A stretch of 64,000 bases of DNA from Candidatus Zhuqueibacterota bacterium (lineage in GTDB: Bacteria; Zhuqueibacterota; Zhuqueibacteria; Thermofontimicrobiales; Thermofontimicrobiaceae). This document shows, piece by piece, positions 9,357 through 19,376 of the stretch. The stretch covers positions 1-64,000 of the forward strand of contig JBMOPW010000004.1 in assembly GCA_049322915.1 (NCBI GenBank), given 5' to 3'. Both the position numbers and the translations under genes were made by a program. The stretch's first letter is position 1; each line of letters begins with the position of its first letter. Below the pieces are notes generated by a model that was not told the origin of the DNA, ran no database searches, and was given only the letters and a program-made list of their open reading frames with translations.

Positions 9357-10190
9357 ATGATTGAAAATTTAAAATTTTTATCCGTTCCAATTACGGCGTG
9401 CATTTTGATGGCTGGAATTTTATCCTACTTTGGCAACCACATCCTCTCGCGCGGTATCATTTTTATCGACATTGCATTGGCGCAGATTGCTGCACTGGGG
9501 ACGATGATTGGGCTGCTCATGGGATTTGCCGAGGGCTCGACGTCGGTGGAACTCATTTCGCTGGTGTTCACGCTGGTCATTATTTCGATTTTTGCTCTGA
9601 CAAAATTCGAGAAACAGGTGGTTCCGCAGGAGGCAATCATTGGCATTATTTACGGACTGGGACTGGGAGTGGCCATGCTGCTGGCAGAGAAAATTCCCGG
9701 CGGATCCAATTATATTACGAAGACGATTAGCGGCAACCTGTTGTGGACATCCTGGGATGATGTCCTTTCCAGCGCAGTCTTGTTTGCCATCATCGGGGTC
9801 ATTCATATCCTGTTACGAAAGCCGTTCATCAAAATTTCTGAATCCAAAGAAAACCTCCCTTTTTCAATTCAGAAAGTCAGGCTGTACGAATTGGCCTTTT
9901 ACATCACCTTCGGGATAATCGTCGTACGGTCTGTACCCATCGGCGGCATTTTCCTGGTCTTCTCGCTGCTCATTGCCCCCACAGCCATGGCGACGCTGTT
10001 TACACAAAAGTGGCACTATCGGTTTTTGTGGAGCTGGCTCATTGGGATTGTTGGTTCTGTCCTGGGAATGTACATTTCCTTCGACTGGAATGTCTCCAAC
10101 GGCCCGACTATTGTCGCCTTGTTGGGGGTAATGGTTTTCATCCTGGCGTTTGTGAAAATAGTCTTCTGCAAAACCCGGTCACCGCGCTGA
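9357..10190 (+). CDS. Metal ABC transporter permease (ZnuB/ABC-3)
   Basis: RGIIFIDIALAQIAALG, EAIIGIIY, VFSLLIAP, GPTIV motifs. Confidence 0.88.
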   Translation: MIENLKFLSVPITACILMAGILSYFGNHILSRGIIFIDIALAQIAALGTMIGLLMGFAEGSTSVELISLVFTLVIISIFALTKFEKQVVPQEAIIGIIYGLGLGVAMLLAEKIPGGSNYITKTISGNLLWTSWDDVLSSAVLFAIIGVIHILLRKPFIKISESKENLPFSIQKVRLYELAFYITFGIIVVRSVPIGGIFLVFSLLIAPTAMATLFTQKWHYRFLWSWLIGIVGSVLGMYISFDWNVSNGPTIVALLGVMVFILAFVKIVFCKTRSPR

Positions 10191-10389
10191 GTAAATACGA
10201 TTACTCCGGGTTCAGTCAAGTGGCAGGAAGAATGATTACTCTTCCGGGAAACGGGGGGCGATCATTCGTCGGCGCGGAAAAATGATGCCTCGTCACACGG
10301 CTAAAACCAGGCAGGCGAATTGGTCAGGTGACGAGGCGCCAAATTCAGAACATACTGATTTTCATTTCCTCAATCCACGGAGAAAAAAA

Positions 10390-11238
10390 ATGACAGCAAT
10401 CGAATTCATGTTTGCACCTTTTGTTGTATGCATTCTCCTCATTGGCATAAATATTTATTTTGGCATTCATGTGATCAAACGGGAGATCATTTTCATCGAT
10501 ATAGCCTTGGCGCAAATCGCCGCGCTGGGTGGAATTTTTGCAACGGTGTATCATCATATCGTACAGAGCAGCGCCAGCCACTCCCACGAGGAGCGGACTG
10601 TGTTAGGTTACCTGCTGGCTCTGGGATTTACTATTCTGGCCGCGGCGATTTTCACCATACTGAAAAGCAAAAAACTGCCCATTCCGCTGGAGTCGCTCAT
10701 TGGTATTGCTTATGCCGTGGCAGCAACCGGCTCGGTGATTCTGTTGGATAAAGCTGCCGGCAGCGATGTCCATTTTCATGATATGGTCGCCGGGTCGATT
10801 CTCTGGGTTACATGGGGACAAATTGTGGAACTGCTCATTGTCTTCAGTATCGTTGGCGGATTCCATTTTATATTCCGAAAAAAATTTATCGCCCTGACTG
10901 ACAATTACAATAAAAGCCAGGGATTTAGTTTTCTCTGGGACTTTCTGTTCTACGCCAGTTTCGGCATTGTTGTGGTCCACTCCGTGGCAGTCGGAGGCAT
11001 TCTGACAATCTTCGCTTTCCTCATTATTCCGGCCAGCATCTCGGCTTTGTTCAGCGCGAACTGGAAAGCGCGGATCATCACCGGCTGGATTCTGGGCACA
11101 GTGGTCACTGTCTGCGGACTGTACCTGTCGTGGATTATGGATGTGCCCAGCGGCCCGACTGTCATACTGTTCCTGGGCGTCGCGTTGATTCTGGCGCTTG
11201 GTTTGAAATATCTCGGCATTACAAAAAGCCCGCAATGA
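10390..11238 (+). CDS. Second metal ABC transporter permease (ZnuB/ABC-3)
   Basis: Paralog of the previous gene (REIIFIDIALAQIAALG); start moved to ATG 10390 after GGAG; His-rich loop HHIVQSSASHSHEE. Confidence 0.88.
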   Translation: MTAIEFMFAPFVVCILLIGINIYFGIHVIKREIIFIDIALAQIAALGGIFATVYHHIVQSSASHSHEERTVLGYLLALGFTILAAAIFTILKSKKLPIPLESLIGIAYAVAATGSVILLDKAAGSDVHFHDMVAGSILWVTWGQIVELLIVFSIVGGFHFIFRKKFIALTDNYNKSQGFSFLWDFLFYASFGIVVVHSVAVGGILTIFAFLIIPASISALFSANWKARIITGWILGTVVTVCGLYLSWIMDVPSGPTVILFLGVALILALGLKYLGITKSPQ

Positions 11239-11428
11239 GATTGGGCGCGGCTATTTCCATCTTATATCTTAATGATTTTTCCTTCGGATTCTCACATGAA
11301 AGTTCTTGACATTTTAGTTTTTTTTTATTTTATTGAGACAACTTGGTTATCACTGAAGAAGTAGCGATTGTCAGGAGTTGGTTAATTTGAATGTCATTTT
11401 GCAACGAAATAATTTCAGGGAGTTTGAA

Positions 11429-11773
11429 ATGGATATCAAACATGAGAAAATGGATGATGTCACAATCATTAAGATCGATAAGGAACGTTTGGATTCAATG
11501 CTGGCGCCCATGCTGAAATCTGATTTACTGGTATTGGTCAATGAAGGCGTAAAAAAAATTTTGATTGATTTGTCCAACGTGACCTATGCCGACAGTTCGG
11601 GACTGGGGGCGCTGCTGTTTGGACTACGGCAATTGAAGGGCACCGAAGGCCAGCTTAAGTTGTTCGCTGCCAACGACCGCGTGATGAGTTTGGTGCGCAT
11701 CGCCCGACTGGATGACTATCTCCATAATTACGACGATCGGGACCAGGCAATCCAGAGTTTCGCTCAGAATTAG
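11429..11773 (+). CDS. STAS-domain anti-sigma factor antagonist
   Basis: DLSNVTYADSSGLGAL with phosphorylatable Ser; GGAG RBS before ATG 11429. Confidence 0.9.
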   Translation: MDIKHEKMDDVTIIKIDKERLDSMLAPMLKSDLLVLVNEGVKKILIDLSNVTYADSSGLGALLFGLRQLKGTEGQLKLFAANDRVMSLVRIARLDDYLHNYDDRDQAIQSFAQN

Positions 11774-11828
11774 TCATTTGCAAACCACAGATCACTGCAT
11801 CGTTGCACGAATTGGAGGAGGTTTTTGT

Positions 11829-12437
11829 ATGGTGTTGAACAAGTCATTTTGTTTGTGGGTTATGGTTGGATTGTTGTATGGGTCCGTTTTTGGCCAGAGT
11901 GAAATTTCCGATACCATTGAAGAAGCAAAGCAGCTTTATATACAGAAGAATTTGCTGGAGTCGGTCAACCAATTATCCCGGGCATTGGAGCTCGTCAATC
12001 AGGAACTGCTCACCCAGATCGAAACGATTTTTCCTGAGCCGCTGACGGGCTGGCGCGCTGAAACACCCAGCAGCCGCGTAAAAAAGGGCGCCTATACCAC
12101 CGGGCTTTTTTCCACGCGCCAATATTTTAAGAGCGGCGGAGGACCGTCCATCACCATGGAGATCGAGACCAATACGCCCAGAATTTCCAATTTAAAACAG
12201 GTGTTCGTCAATCCTTCCATGTTGGAGCAAATGGGCGGAGAAGCGAAAATTTCGACCGTGGCCGAACGTCGCTGCATCGAGCGGTTCGATGCCATCGATA
12301 AATTCGCCGAGCTGATTTTCATCCCTTCGTCCACTATGCTCATCAGCATTCGCGGACAGGATATGAAGGACATGGAGGCTGTCGCGAAGTTCGCTGAGAA
12401 AATTAAATGGAATTCGCTGGAAATCATTTTCCCATGA
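11829..12437 (+). CDS. Hypothetical exported protein
   Basis: GGAGG RBS then ATG 11829; signal peptide; FPEPLTGW motif. Confidence 0.7.
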   Translation: MVLNKSFCLWVMVGLLYGSVFGQSEISDTIEEAKQLYIQKNLLESVNQLSRALELVNQELLTQIETIFPEPLTGWRAETPSSRVKKGAYTTGLFSTRQYFKSGGGPSITMEIETNTPRISNLKQVFVNPSMLEQMGGEAKISTVAERRCIERFDAIDKFAELIFIPSSTMLISIRGQDMKDMEAVAKFAEKIKWNSLEIIFP

Positions 12438-12771
12438 GCGTGTTGAAGTTGATCGCCGATTCATCTCCGACAATGCAGTTACCCTCTTTTAATCCACCAC
12501 TATGGTGGATTAATTTTTTCTGTAAAACAATTTCAGCAGCCGGGCAATTACAGGTTGAATTTGAAGAAAAGAAATGTTAAATTCCTTGGATTCGAAATAG
12601 CGAACGCGCGCCCCGGAAGTCATCATTGAAAAGAGCCATGACAGAAAGCGATGCGGCGGAGCGGGTGGCGGAAGAAGCGGCTTTCCATGGATTCCGCGTC
12701 CCACGCTGGATTGATTTTTATCCTTGTGTGAATAACAGAAAATTTATCCTTCAGGTCATTTGATCAAAAGC

Positions 12772-14544
12772 ATGAATTCATCAGCAAATAAAATACGAGT
12801 CCTTTCCGAGGATTTGACCAATAAAATTGCGGCCGGGGAAGTCGTTGATCGGCCGGCGTCTGTGGTGAAGGAACTGGTGGAAAATTCGATCGATGCCGGC
12901 GCCGATGAAATTACGGTGGTGCTCCGACAGGGCGGTAAATCATTGATTCACGTGGTGGATAATGGCGCGGGCATGTCGCGCGAGGATGCGATTCTGGCAA
13001 TTCAGCGGCACACGACAAGCAAAATTGAATCGTACGACGACTTGCACAATATTCGCACGCTGGGCTTTCGCGGGGAGGCGCTGGCGAGCATTGCTTCGGT
13101 GTCCCGGCTGGAATTGAAAACCATGGTCGCCAAGGAGACCATCGGCACCATGTTGAAAATAGAAGGCGGTCTCGTCGACGCCGTAGCGGATTCCGGCGGC
13201 ACTCGCGGGACAACCATTTCAGTGAAAAATCTATTTTACAATACACCGGCCCGGCGCAAGTTTTTGAAGACCGATGAGACAGAATACCGTCACACGCTGG
13301 GCGTGCTCCAGCGATACTCGCTGCCGTATTTTCAAGTCAGTTTCAACATTTATCACAATGACCAGCAGATTTATTCGCTGAAACCGACAGAACCCAGGCA
13401 GCGCGTTATCGACGTGCTCGGCAGCCGATATGCGGATAAACTGGTGACGGTGGAAGATAAAGGCACATTGCTGACGATATGGGGGTTCATCGGCAACAAG
13501 GACTCTGCGAAAAAGTCGCGCGGCGATCAATTTCTATTTCTCAATGGCCGGTACATTGTCAACCGCGCGTTGAATCACGCCATTGTTTCGTCCTACGGCG
13601 CCATCATACCCCGCGGCGAATTTCCCATGTACGTCCTTTTTCTGGAGATCGAGCCGCGACGCGTGGATGTGAATGTCCACCCGACCAAGATGGAGGTTAA
13701 ATTTGCGGATGAACGGCTGGTTTATAGTCTCCTGCGCGCTGCCGTGAAACGCGCGCTAGCATCCGAGCAGATCATCCCGGCCCTGTCACCGAATTTTTCT
13801 GTCACGCCGCAGCCTTTTTCCCGTCCTCCGGAGGACTGGTATGCTCAGCAAACGGTGATTCCCCTGTACGAGACGGCGCCGAATATCGAGCGACCAATTT
13901 TTTCTCCAACGCCATCGACCGGGGCTGGCGAACAGCGGCCCGGCGCGATTCAGCTCCCGCGGCACGAATCGAAATTCGAGCGCCAAAACGTGTGGCAGAT
14001 TCACAATCAGTACATCGTCTCCGAAATAAAAAGCGGATTGATTGTCATCGATCAACATGTGGCCCATGAGCGGATTCTGTATGAGCGCGCGCTGAAGAAG
14101 TTCGAGGACAGTAATCCCGGCTCGCAGCAATTGCTTTTTCCCCAGGTGATCGAATTGACGCCGGAAGAGTTGACGTATCTGATGGAGATTCTGCCCTTCC
14201 TGGAAAAGATTGGATTCGTCGTCAAAGGATTTGGCGGCAATACCGTGGTACTAGAAGGCGTGCCCTCCGGATTGAAGATAAGCAAGCCGGAGACGATCAT
14301 CATAGAAATTTTGGACGAGTTCAAGAGCAATAAAGGAACCAGCCTGGATATTCGGGATAACGTGGCGAAATCATATTCGTGCAAAATGGCCATCAAAAAG
14401 GGGGATCCGCTTTCGCGGGAAGAGATGAATATGCTGATCGACCAGTTGTTTGCTACGCAAAGTCCATATTTTTGTCCCCATGGCCGGCCGGTGATCGTGA
14501 ACATTTCTCTGGAAGAACTGGATAAACGCTTCGGTCGGATTTGA
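12772..14544 (+). CDS. mutL: DNA mismatch repair endonuclease MutL
   Basis: IAAGEVV, GFRGEALASI, DVNVHPTK, endonuclease motif DQHVAHERILYE, CPHGRP. Confidence 0.97.
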   Translation: MNSSANKIRVLSEDLTNKIAAGEVVDRPASVVKELVENSIDAGADEITVVLRQGGKSLIHVVDNGAGMSREDAILAIQRHTTSKIESYDDLHNIRTLGFRGEALASIASVSRLELKTMVAKETIGTMLKIEGGLVDAVADSGGTRGTTISVKNLFYNTPARRKFLKTDETEYRHTLGVLQRYSLPYFQVSFNIYHNDQQIYSLKPTEPRQRVIDVLGSRYADKLVTVEDKGTLLTIWGFIGNKDSAKKSRGDQFLFLNGRYIVNRALNHAIVSSYGAIIPRGEFPMYVLFLEIEPRRVDVNVHPTKMEVKFADERLVYSLLRAAVKRALASEQIIPALSPNFSVTPQPFSRPPEDWYAQQTVIPLYETAPNIERPIFSPTPSTGAGEQRPGAIQLPRHESKFERQNVWQIHNQYIVSEIKSGLIVIDQHVAHERILYERALKKFEDSNPGSQQLLFPQVIELTPEELTYLMEILPFLEKIGFVVKGFGGNTVVLEGVPSGLKISKPETIIIEILDEFKSNKGTSLDIRDNVAKSYSCKMAIKKGDPLSREEMNMLIDQLFATQSPYFCPHGRPVIVNISLEELDKRFGRI

Positions 14545-14616
14545 CCGTTGCACCAGGGAGCAAATGAATGAACTTGCCTGGATTGGCTATTCTCAAACGC
14601 TGAGCTGTGAATCATT

Positions 14617-15564
14617 ATGAAAAAAGTGATTTTTATCGTGGGTCCCACAGCGGTCGGGAAAACCGGTTTCTCCCTTCAATTGGCTGCACAATTTGAAAGT
14701 GTGGAGATCATTTCCGCCGATTCCCGCCAGGTGTACAAACTCATGGATATCGGGACGGCCAAGCCATTGCTCTCAGAGCGCGCGCAGATTGTCCACCATT
14801 TCATCGATTGTAAATTGCCTGATGAATATTTCAGCGCCGGCCAATTTGGCAATGAGGCCCGCCGCGTGATCGATGCGCTTTTCGCCGGCAGGAAGACGCC
14901 GATGGTCGTTGGCGGCTCAGGCTTGTACATTCGCGCCCTTGTCGATGGTCTGTTCGAGCGACAGGTTTCCAGCGACGTTGTGAAACGGCAACTGAAAAAT
15001 GAAATCAGGGAGAAAGGTCTCCCTGCGCTGTACGAGCGCCTTCAGGCGATCGATGCAGCGTCCGCAAGACAGATACATCCGAATGATGGGCATCGCATTG
15101 TCCGGGCGCTGGAGGTTTACGAACTGACCGGCACGCCAATCTCCGAATTTTACAAAAACAGCACGGAGCCCATTTCCTTTCAGCCGGTATTCATCGGGCT
15201 GAACCGGCGCCGGGAAGAACTGTACCGCATCATCGAGGAACGGGTGGACGCCATGATCCGCATGGGACTTGTGGAGGAAGTCGCGCAGTTGCAGCAGGCT
15301 GGCTTTGGTTCCAATCTGAATAGCATGCAGACCGTGGGCTACCGAGAAGTCTTTGATTACCTTGAAGGTCGATGCGACTCCGACGACATGGTTCGCCTCA
15401 TCAAGCAGCGGACCCGAAATTATGCCAAACGCCAACTGACCTGGTTCCGCAATGACCCAAGAATTAAATGGTTCGACATAGATACATCAGAGGAACCGCG
15501 GAGATTGATGCTCCGGGTTTGCGATTATCTGAAATCGGAGGATTGCCCATGCGGCAGGATTTGA
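14617..15564 (+). CDS. miaA: tRNA dimethylallyltransferase
   Basis: GPTAVGKT, ADSRQVY, DIGTAKP, GGSGLY, YAKRQLTWF; follows mutL. Confidence 0.97.
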   Translation: MKKVIFIVGPTAVGKTGFSLQLAAQFESVEIISADSRQVYKLMDIGTAKPLLSERAQIVHHFIDCKLPDEYFSAGQFGNEARRVIDALFAGRKTPMVVGGSGLYIRALVDGLFERQVSSDVVKRQLKNEIREKGLPALYERLQAIDAASARQIHPNDGHRIVRALEVYELTGTPISEFYKNSTEPISFQPVFIGLNRRREELYRIIEERVDAMIRMGLVEEVAQLQQAGFGSNLNSMQTVGYREVFDYLEGRCDSDDMVRLIKQRTRNYAKRQLTWFRNDPRIKWFDIDTSEEPRRLMLRVCDYLKSEDCPCGRI

Positions 15565-15902
15565 ACGCTATTCTGGATAAAATTAAAAGATTCCGCGACG
15601 ATCGGGATTGGATGCAGTTTCATTCTCCGAAAAATCTGGCAGTCTCTGTGGTGCTGGAAGCGTCGGAACTGCTGGAGCAATTCCAGTGGAAAACGGATGA
15701 AGAGGTCGAAAGGTATCTCAAAGCCAACCAGGTCGCCGTTGAAGAGGAAGTTGCCGATGTCGCTATTTATCTGCTGGAACTGGCGGATAAACTGGGCATC
15801 GATCTGATCGATGTCATGGAACGAAAAATCGAAAAGAATGAAATCAAGTATCCTGTTGCCAGAGCCAGAGGGAAGGCGGCCAAGTACACGACCTTCCAGT
15901 GA
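15549..15902 (+). CDS. MazG-like nucleotide pyrophosphohydrolase (dCTPase-like)
   Basis: RDWMQFHSPKNLA..EASELLE..EEVADV..KNEIKYP; overlaps the end of miaA. Confidence 0.9.
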   Translation: MRQDLNAILDKIKRFRDDRDWMQFHSPKNLAVSVVLEASELLEQFQWKTDEEVERYLKANQVAVEEEVADVAIYLLELADKLGIDLIDVMERKIEKNEIKYPVARARGKAAKYTTFQ

Positions 15903-15956
15903 AAACCTGAATGATCTGGTTTAACCGGAGCGATTCAAAATAACCGGAGTGAAAAG

Positions 15957-16733
15957 ATGAAAAGTTTGAAAATGATTGTGGTCGCGACGCTGCTGGGAAT
16001 GACTGCCGGCTGCGGCAATAAGGAATCGGCGCCGGATATCAATGTCGAGACGCTGAAGCAGGGCATTTCGGATCGGCTGAGTCTGCGGGCCCAGGCCATT
16101 ACGGATTATTCCTGTGATTTGGAGTCGAAGTTGACAATGCGCTCTGAGGGCAGTGACCGGTCCAGCGAAATGAGTTTGAAACTGACCATGAAAAATACCG
16201 GTGAATCCAAACTGGAATTCATCAAAGGCCATCGCGGTGGATTTGAATTAACGAAGAAAGACTACGAGCAGTTAGAAAGGCGAAAACACAACCCGGAGAG
16301 TCGGGGCGCTGATCAGTCCGGTGAGGAAACTCAGGTGTTCGAGTTCAAAAAGTACCTGCCGGATATGAAGCTGATTTCTGCAGAAAAGCTGGATAAAACG
16401 AAAACATATAAGCTGGAAATTGAGCCGCTCAAAACAGCGGACAAATTCAAAAAGATAACACTCTGGGTCGACACGGTGAATTTTGACGTCATCAAAATCA
16501 TCGCTGAAATGCACACCCGGAGCGCCAATGACGTGAGCGAAGTGGTTGAATATTACAGCCCGATTGGTCCAAATAACCTGACGATGAAGGTCGCTCTGCA
16601 GAGTCGCACAGTCCGCTCCTTTGAAACACCGCGGGGGAAAATGACGATGGACCTGACGGCAAAGAAAAGCTACTCCAACTATACGTTCAATCAGGGATTC
16701 GCAGTGGATTTCTTTGAAAAGCCGGCGAGATGA
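15957..16733 (+). CDS. Lipoprotein, LolA-like/outer-membrane lipoprotein-sorting fold (putative)
   Basis: Lipobox TAGC; YKLEIEP..KITLWVD and YSNYTFNQG..FF patterns. Confidence 0.55.
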   Translation: MKSLKMIVVATLLGMTAGCGNKESAPDINVETLKQGISDRLSLRAQAITDYSCDLESKLTMRSEGSDRSSEMSLKLTMKNTGESKLEFIKGHRGGFELTKKDYEQLERRKHNPESRGADQSGEETQVFEFKKYLPDMKLISAEKLDKTKTYKLEIEPLKTADKFKKITLWVDTVNFDVIKIIAEMHTRSANDVSEVVEYYSPIGPNNLTMKVALQSRTVRSFETPRGKMTMDLTAKKSYSNYTFNQGFAVDFFEKPAR

Positions 16734-16761
16734 TCGCGCGGAATGGCTGGCATCGGACGAG

Positions 16762-18102
16762 TTATTTTTCTTGAATGTGCAACCGCTGGATCATGCGGCG
16801 GAGGGTGCCTTTGTCGATCTTCAATTCCCGCGCCGTGGCCATTTTTTTCCAGTTGTTGCGAATCAGCGCCTGCTCGACGGCTCTCTTTTGAATGGCATCC
16901 AGTGACAGCACCGCGCCGACGTCCTGTTCGTCGACCAGCGTCTTTGGCTGGAGAGGCTCCGGCAGATGCTGGACGTGAATCGTATCGCCGCGGCAGAGAA
17001 TGAAGGCGTATTCAATGATATTTTCCAGTTCCCGCACATTGCCCGGAAAATCGTGACGCATGAGAGTGGCCAGGACTTCATCGGAAACCGACGCTATATT
17101 TTTGCTTTTCAGCCGATTGAATCGCTGAATGAAATGCTCGACCAGCAGGGGAATGTCTTCTTTCCTCTCGGCCAGGGGCGGCAGCAGGAGGGTCACCACA
17201 TTCAGGCGATAGAAGAGATCTTCCCGAAAACTTCCTTCAGCCACCATTTTGGTTAAATCCCGGTGCGTCGCGGCAATAATGCGGACGTCAGCTTTGAGCG
17301 ACTGCGTGCCGCCCAGCGGCTCGTAGATTCTATCCTGCAGCACGCGCAATAATTTCACCTGCAGCGCCGGCGAAATATCCCCAATTTCATCGAGGAACAG
17401 GGTCCCCCCTTGAGCGAGTGCGAAACGGCCGGGTTTATCTTTTTTCGCGTCGGTGAACGCCCCGGCTTTGTAACCGAACAATTCCGATTCCAACAGCGTA
17501 TCCGGCAAGGCGCCGCTGTTCACAATGATCAGCGGCTTTTTGTTGCGCTGACTCAGGTTATGGATTGCCCGCACAAATAATTCTTTCCCGGTTCCACTCT
17601 CCCCAAGGATTAATACTGTACTTTCGCTATCAGCAATGTCCGGCAGGATGTGAAAGATTTTCTGGAATTTCCTGTTTTTGCTGATGATGTCCTGAAACGA
17701 AAATTTCTGCTCCAGTTGCTTGCGCAGTTCGGTGACCTCGGACATATCCCGAAATGTTTCCACCCCGCCGATGATGGCGCCATTGGCGTCCTTCAACGGT
17801 GCGGCGCTGATGCTCACCGGCAGTTGATTGCCCTGGGCATTGACAATGTAGATGGATTTATTGACAATGGGCTGGTTAATTTCGATGCTGCGCTTCAGGG
17901 CGCATTGGCTGTCGCAGATGTTGGAGTGAAACACATCGCGGCACGTGCTGCCGAGGGCGTCGTCCCGGGAGACGCCGGTAATTTTCTCGGCAGCTTTATT
18001 GAAAGACGTAATTCTGAAATCGCAGTCGACGGTGAAAACGCCATCCGCAATGCTGTCCAGAATGATGTTGGTGTGGGTTACGTGAAAATTGGAATTCGCC
18101 AC
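16762..18102 (-). CDS. PAS-domain sigma54-dependent transcriptional activator
   Basis: PAS domain, GESGTGKE, ESELFG, GAFTDA, LFLDEIG, FREDLFYRLNV, PGNVRELEN, Fis-type HTH. Confidence 0.93.
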   Translation of the reverse strand: MANSNFHVTHTNIILDSIADGVFTVDCDFRITSFNKAAEKITGVSRDDALGSTCRDVFHSNICDSQCALKRSIEINQPIVNKSIYIVNAQGNQLPVSISAAPLKDANGAIIGGVETFRDMSEVTELRKQLEQKFSFQDIISKNRKFQKIFHILPDIADSESTVLILGESGTGKELFVRAIHNLSQRNKKPLIIVNSGALPDTLLESELFGYKAGAFTDAKKDKPGRFALAQGGTLFLDEIGDISPALQVKLLRVLQDRIYEPLGGTQSLKADVRIIAATHRDLTKMVAEGSFREDLFYRLNVVTLLLPPLAERKEDIPLLVEHFIQRFNRLKSKNIASVSDEVLATLMRHDFPGNVRELENIIEYAFILCRGDTIHVQHLPEPLQPKTLVDEQDVGAVLSLDAIQKRAVEQALIRNNWKKMATARELKIDKGTLRRMIQRLHIQEK

Positions 18103-18298
18103 AGATGACTCGTATTTTTCTTTTTGCTCAATGAAGATGAAACGGTCGCAGATGCAATTCCGACAATTACCATCCCATGAAACGCTGCACTCTTTTTACG
18201 CTCGGCATTTCTTTTTAATCGAAATGACAGGTGCGACCGATTGACGGACGCTTTACCTCCCGCCGGCAACTCGGAGGCAGCGCATTTCCAGGAGAATA

Positions 18299-18985
18299 TT
18301 AATCAGCTTTTTTGTAAAAATCAACTATTTTTTGAACGACTTCCTCAGGCGTATCTGCAATCATGAACAGATCGAGATCTTTTTCACTGATTTTTCCATT
18401 CGCCAGCACAGTATTTTTGATCCAGTCGAGAAGGCCCTGCCAGTAATTTCGTCCGACAAGGACGACCGGGAAATTGTATATTTTATGCGTTTGAATGAGT
18501 GTCACCGATTCGAACAATTCATCCAGCGTGCCAAAGCCGCCGGGCAAAATGATAAACGCCCTGGCATACTTCACGAACATCACTTTTCGGATGAAGAAAT
18601 AGCGAAAGTCCACCTGAACGTTGGCGTAGAGATTAGCTCTTTGCTCGAATGGCAAATCAATGTTCAGTCCCACAGAGTCGGCGCCGCCTTCCTTTGCCCC
18701 GCGATTGCCAGCCTCCATAATTCCCGGCCCACCGCCGGTAATTGTGCCATAGCCGGCTTTGGCAAGGTGAAACGCGATGCTCCTGGCCAATTCGTAGTCG
18801 CTGTCACCTTCCTTTGAGCGGGCAGACCCGAACATGGTGACGCAATCGCCAATCCTGGCAAGTTCTTCAAAACCTTCCACAAATTCGGAAATGATACGAA
18901 AGACACGCCATGTATCTTTAATGAACAGTTTTTCAATCTGACCGTTAACAGGTTCGTCCTGTTTTTGCTTCATAAAATTCTCCAT
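18299..18985 (-). CDS. LOG-family (TIGR00730) phosphoribohydrolase
   Basis: TGGGPGIMEA, RKVMFVKY, PGGFGTLDE motifs. Confidence 0.93.
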   Translation of the reverse strand: MENFMKQKQDEPVNGQIEKLFIKDTWRVFRIISEFVEGFEELARIGDCVTMFGSARSKEGDSDYELARSIAFHLAKAGYGTITGGGPGIMEAGNRGAKEGGADSVGLNIDLPFEQRANLYANVQVDFRYFFIRKVMFVKYARAFIILPGGFGTLDELFESVTLIQTHKIYNFPVVLVGRNYWQGLLDWIKNTVLANGKISEKDLDLFMIADTPEEVVQKIVDFYKKAD

Positions 18986-19076
18986 AAGTATTGAGGCTAT
19001 CGGAAGTAAGAAGTACTATCATTTTAACTTTTATGTGGCAGCGATGGGTGGCTGTTCCGTATCATTGCTAAAAATC

Positions 19077-19212
19077 TGCCTCTAAGACACGAAGCCGCTA
19101 AGAGAGTAAAATCAACCAACGTGTACCGAATCATTCCTCTTGTTGTATTTATTTTCAGTCACGAATTACAAACTGTTCGAGGTTGGCTTGGTGTCTTAGC
19201 GCCTTTGAGGCA
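19077..19212. repeat. Inverted repeat made of 8-bp periodic units (REP/MITE-like)
   Basis: Left arm TGCCTCTAAGACACGAAGCCGCTAAG; reverse complement of right arm TGCCTCAAAGGCGCTAAGACACCAAG. Confidence 0.6.
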
Positions 19213-19376
19213 ACGAAGATTTCCAGATGTAAAATTCATCGGTATGCCACTCAAAGGTTAACATGATAAAAGATTGATTGTATAATGAGCGGTATAATGG
19301 GATCCGCCTCCGGATCGACTGTGATCGTCGCCGCATCCAACACCGTTCCAATTGAACTGCCAATGGCCTGTTCGCT

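Noticed and set aside
12600..12715. GC-rich imperfect hairpin upstream of mutL
   Set aside because: Weak pairing and no recognisable RNA family.
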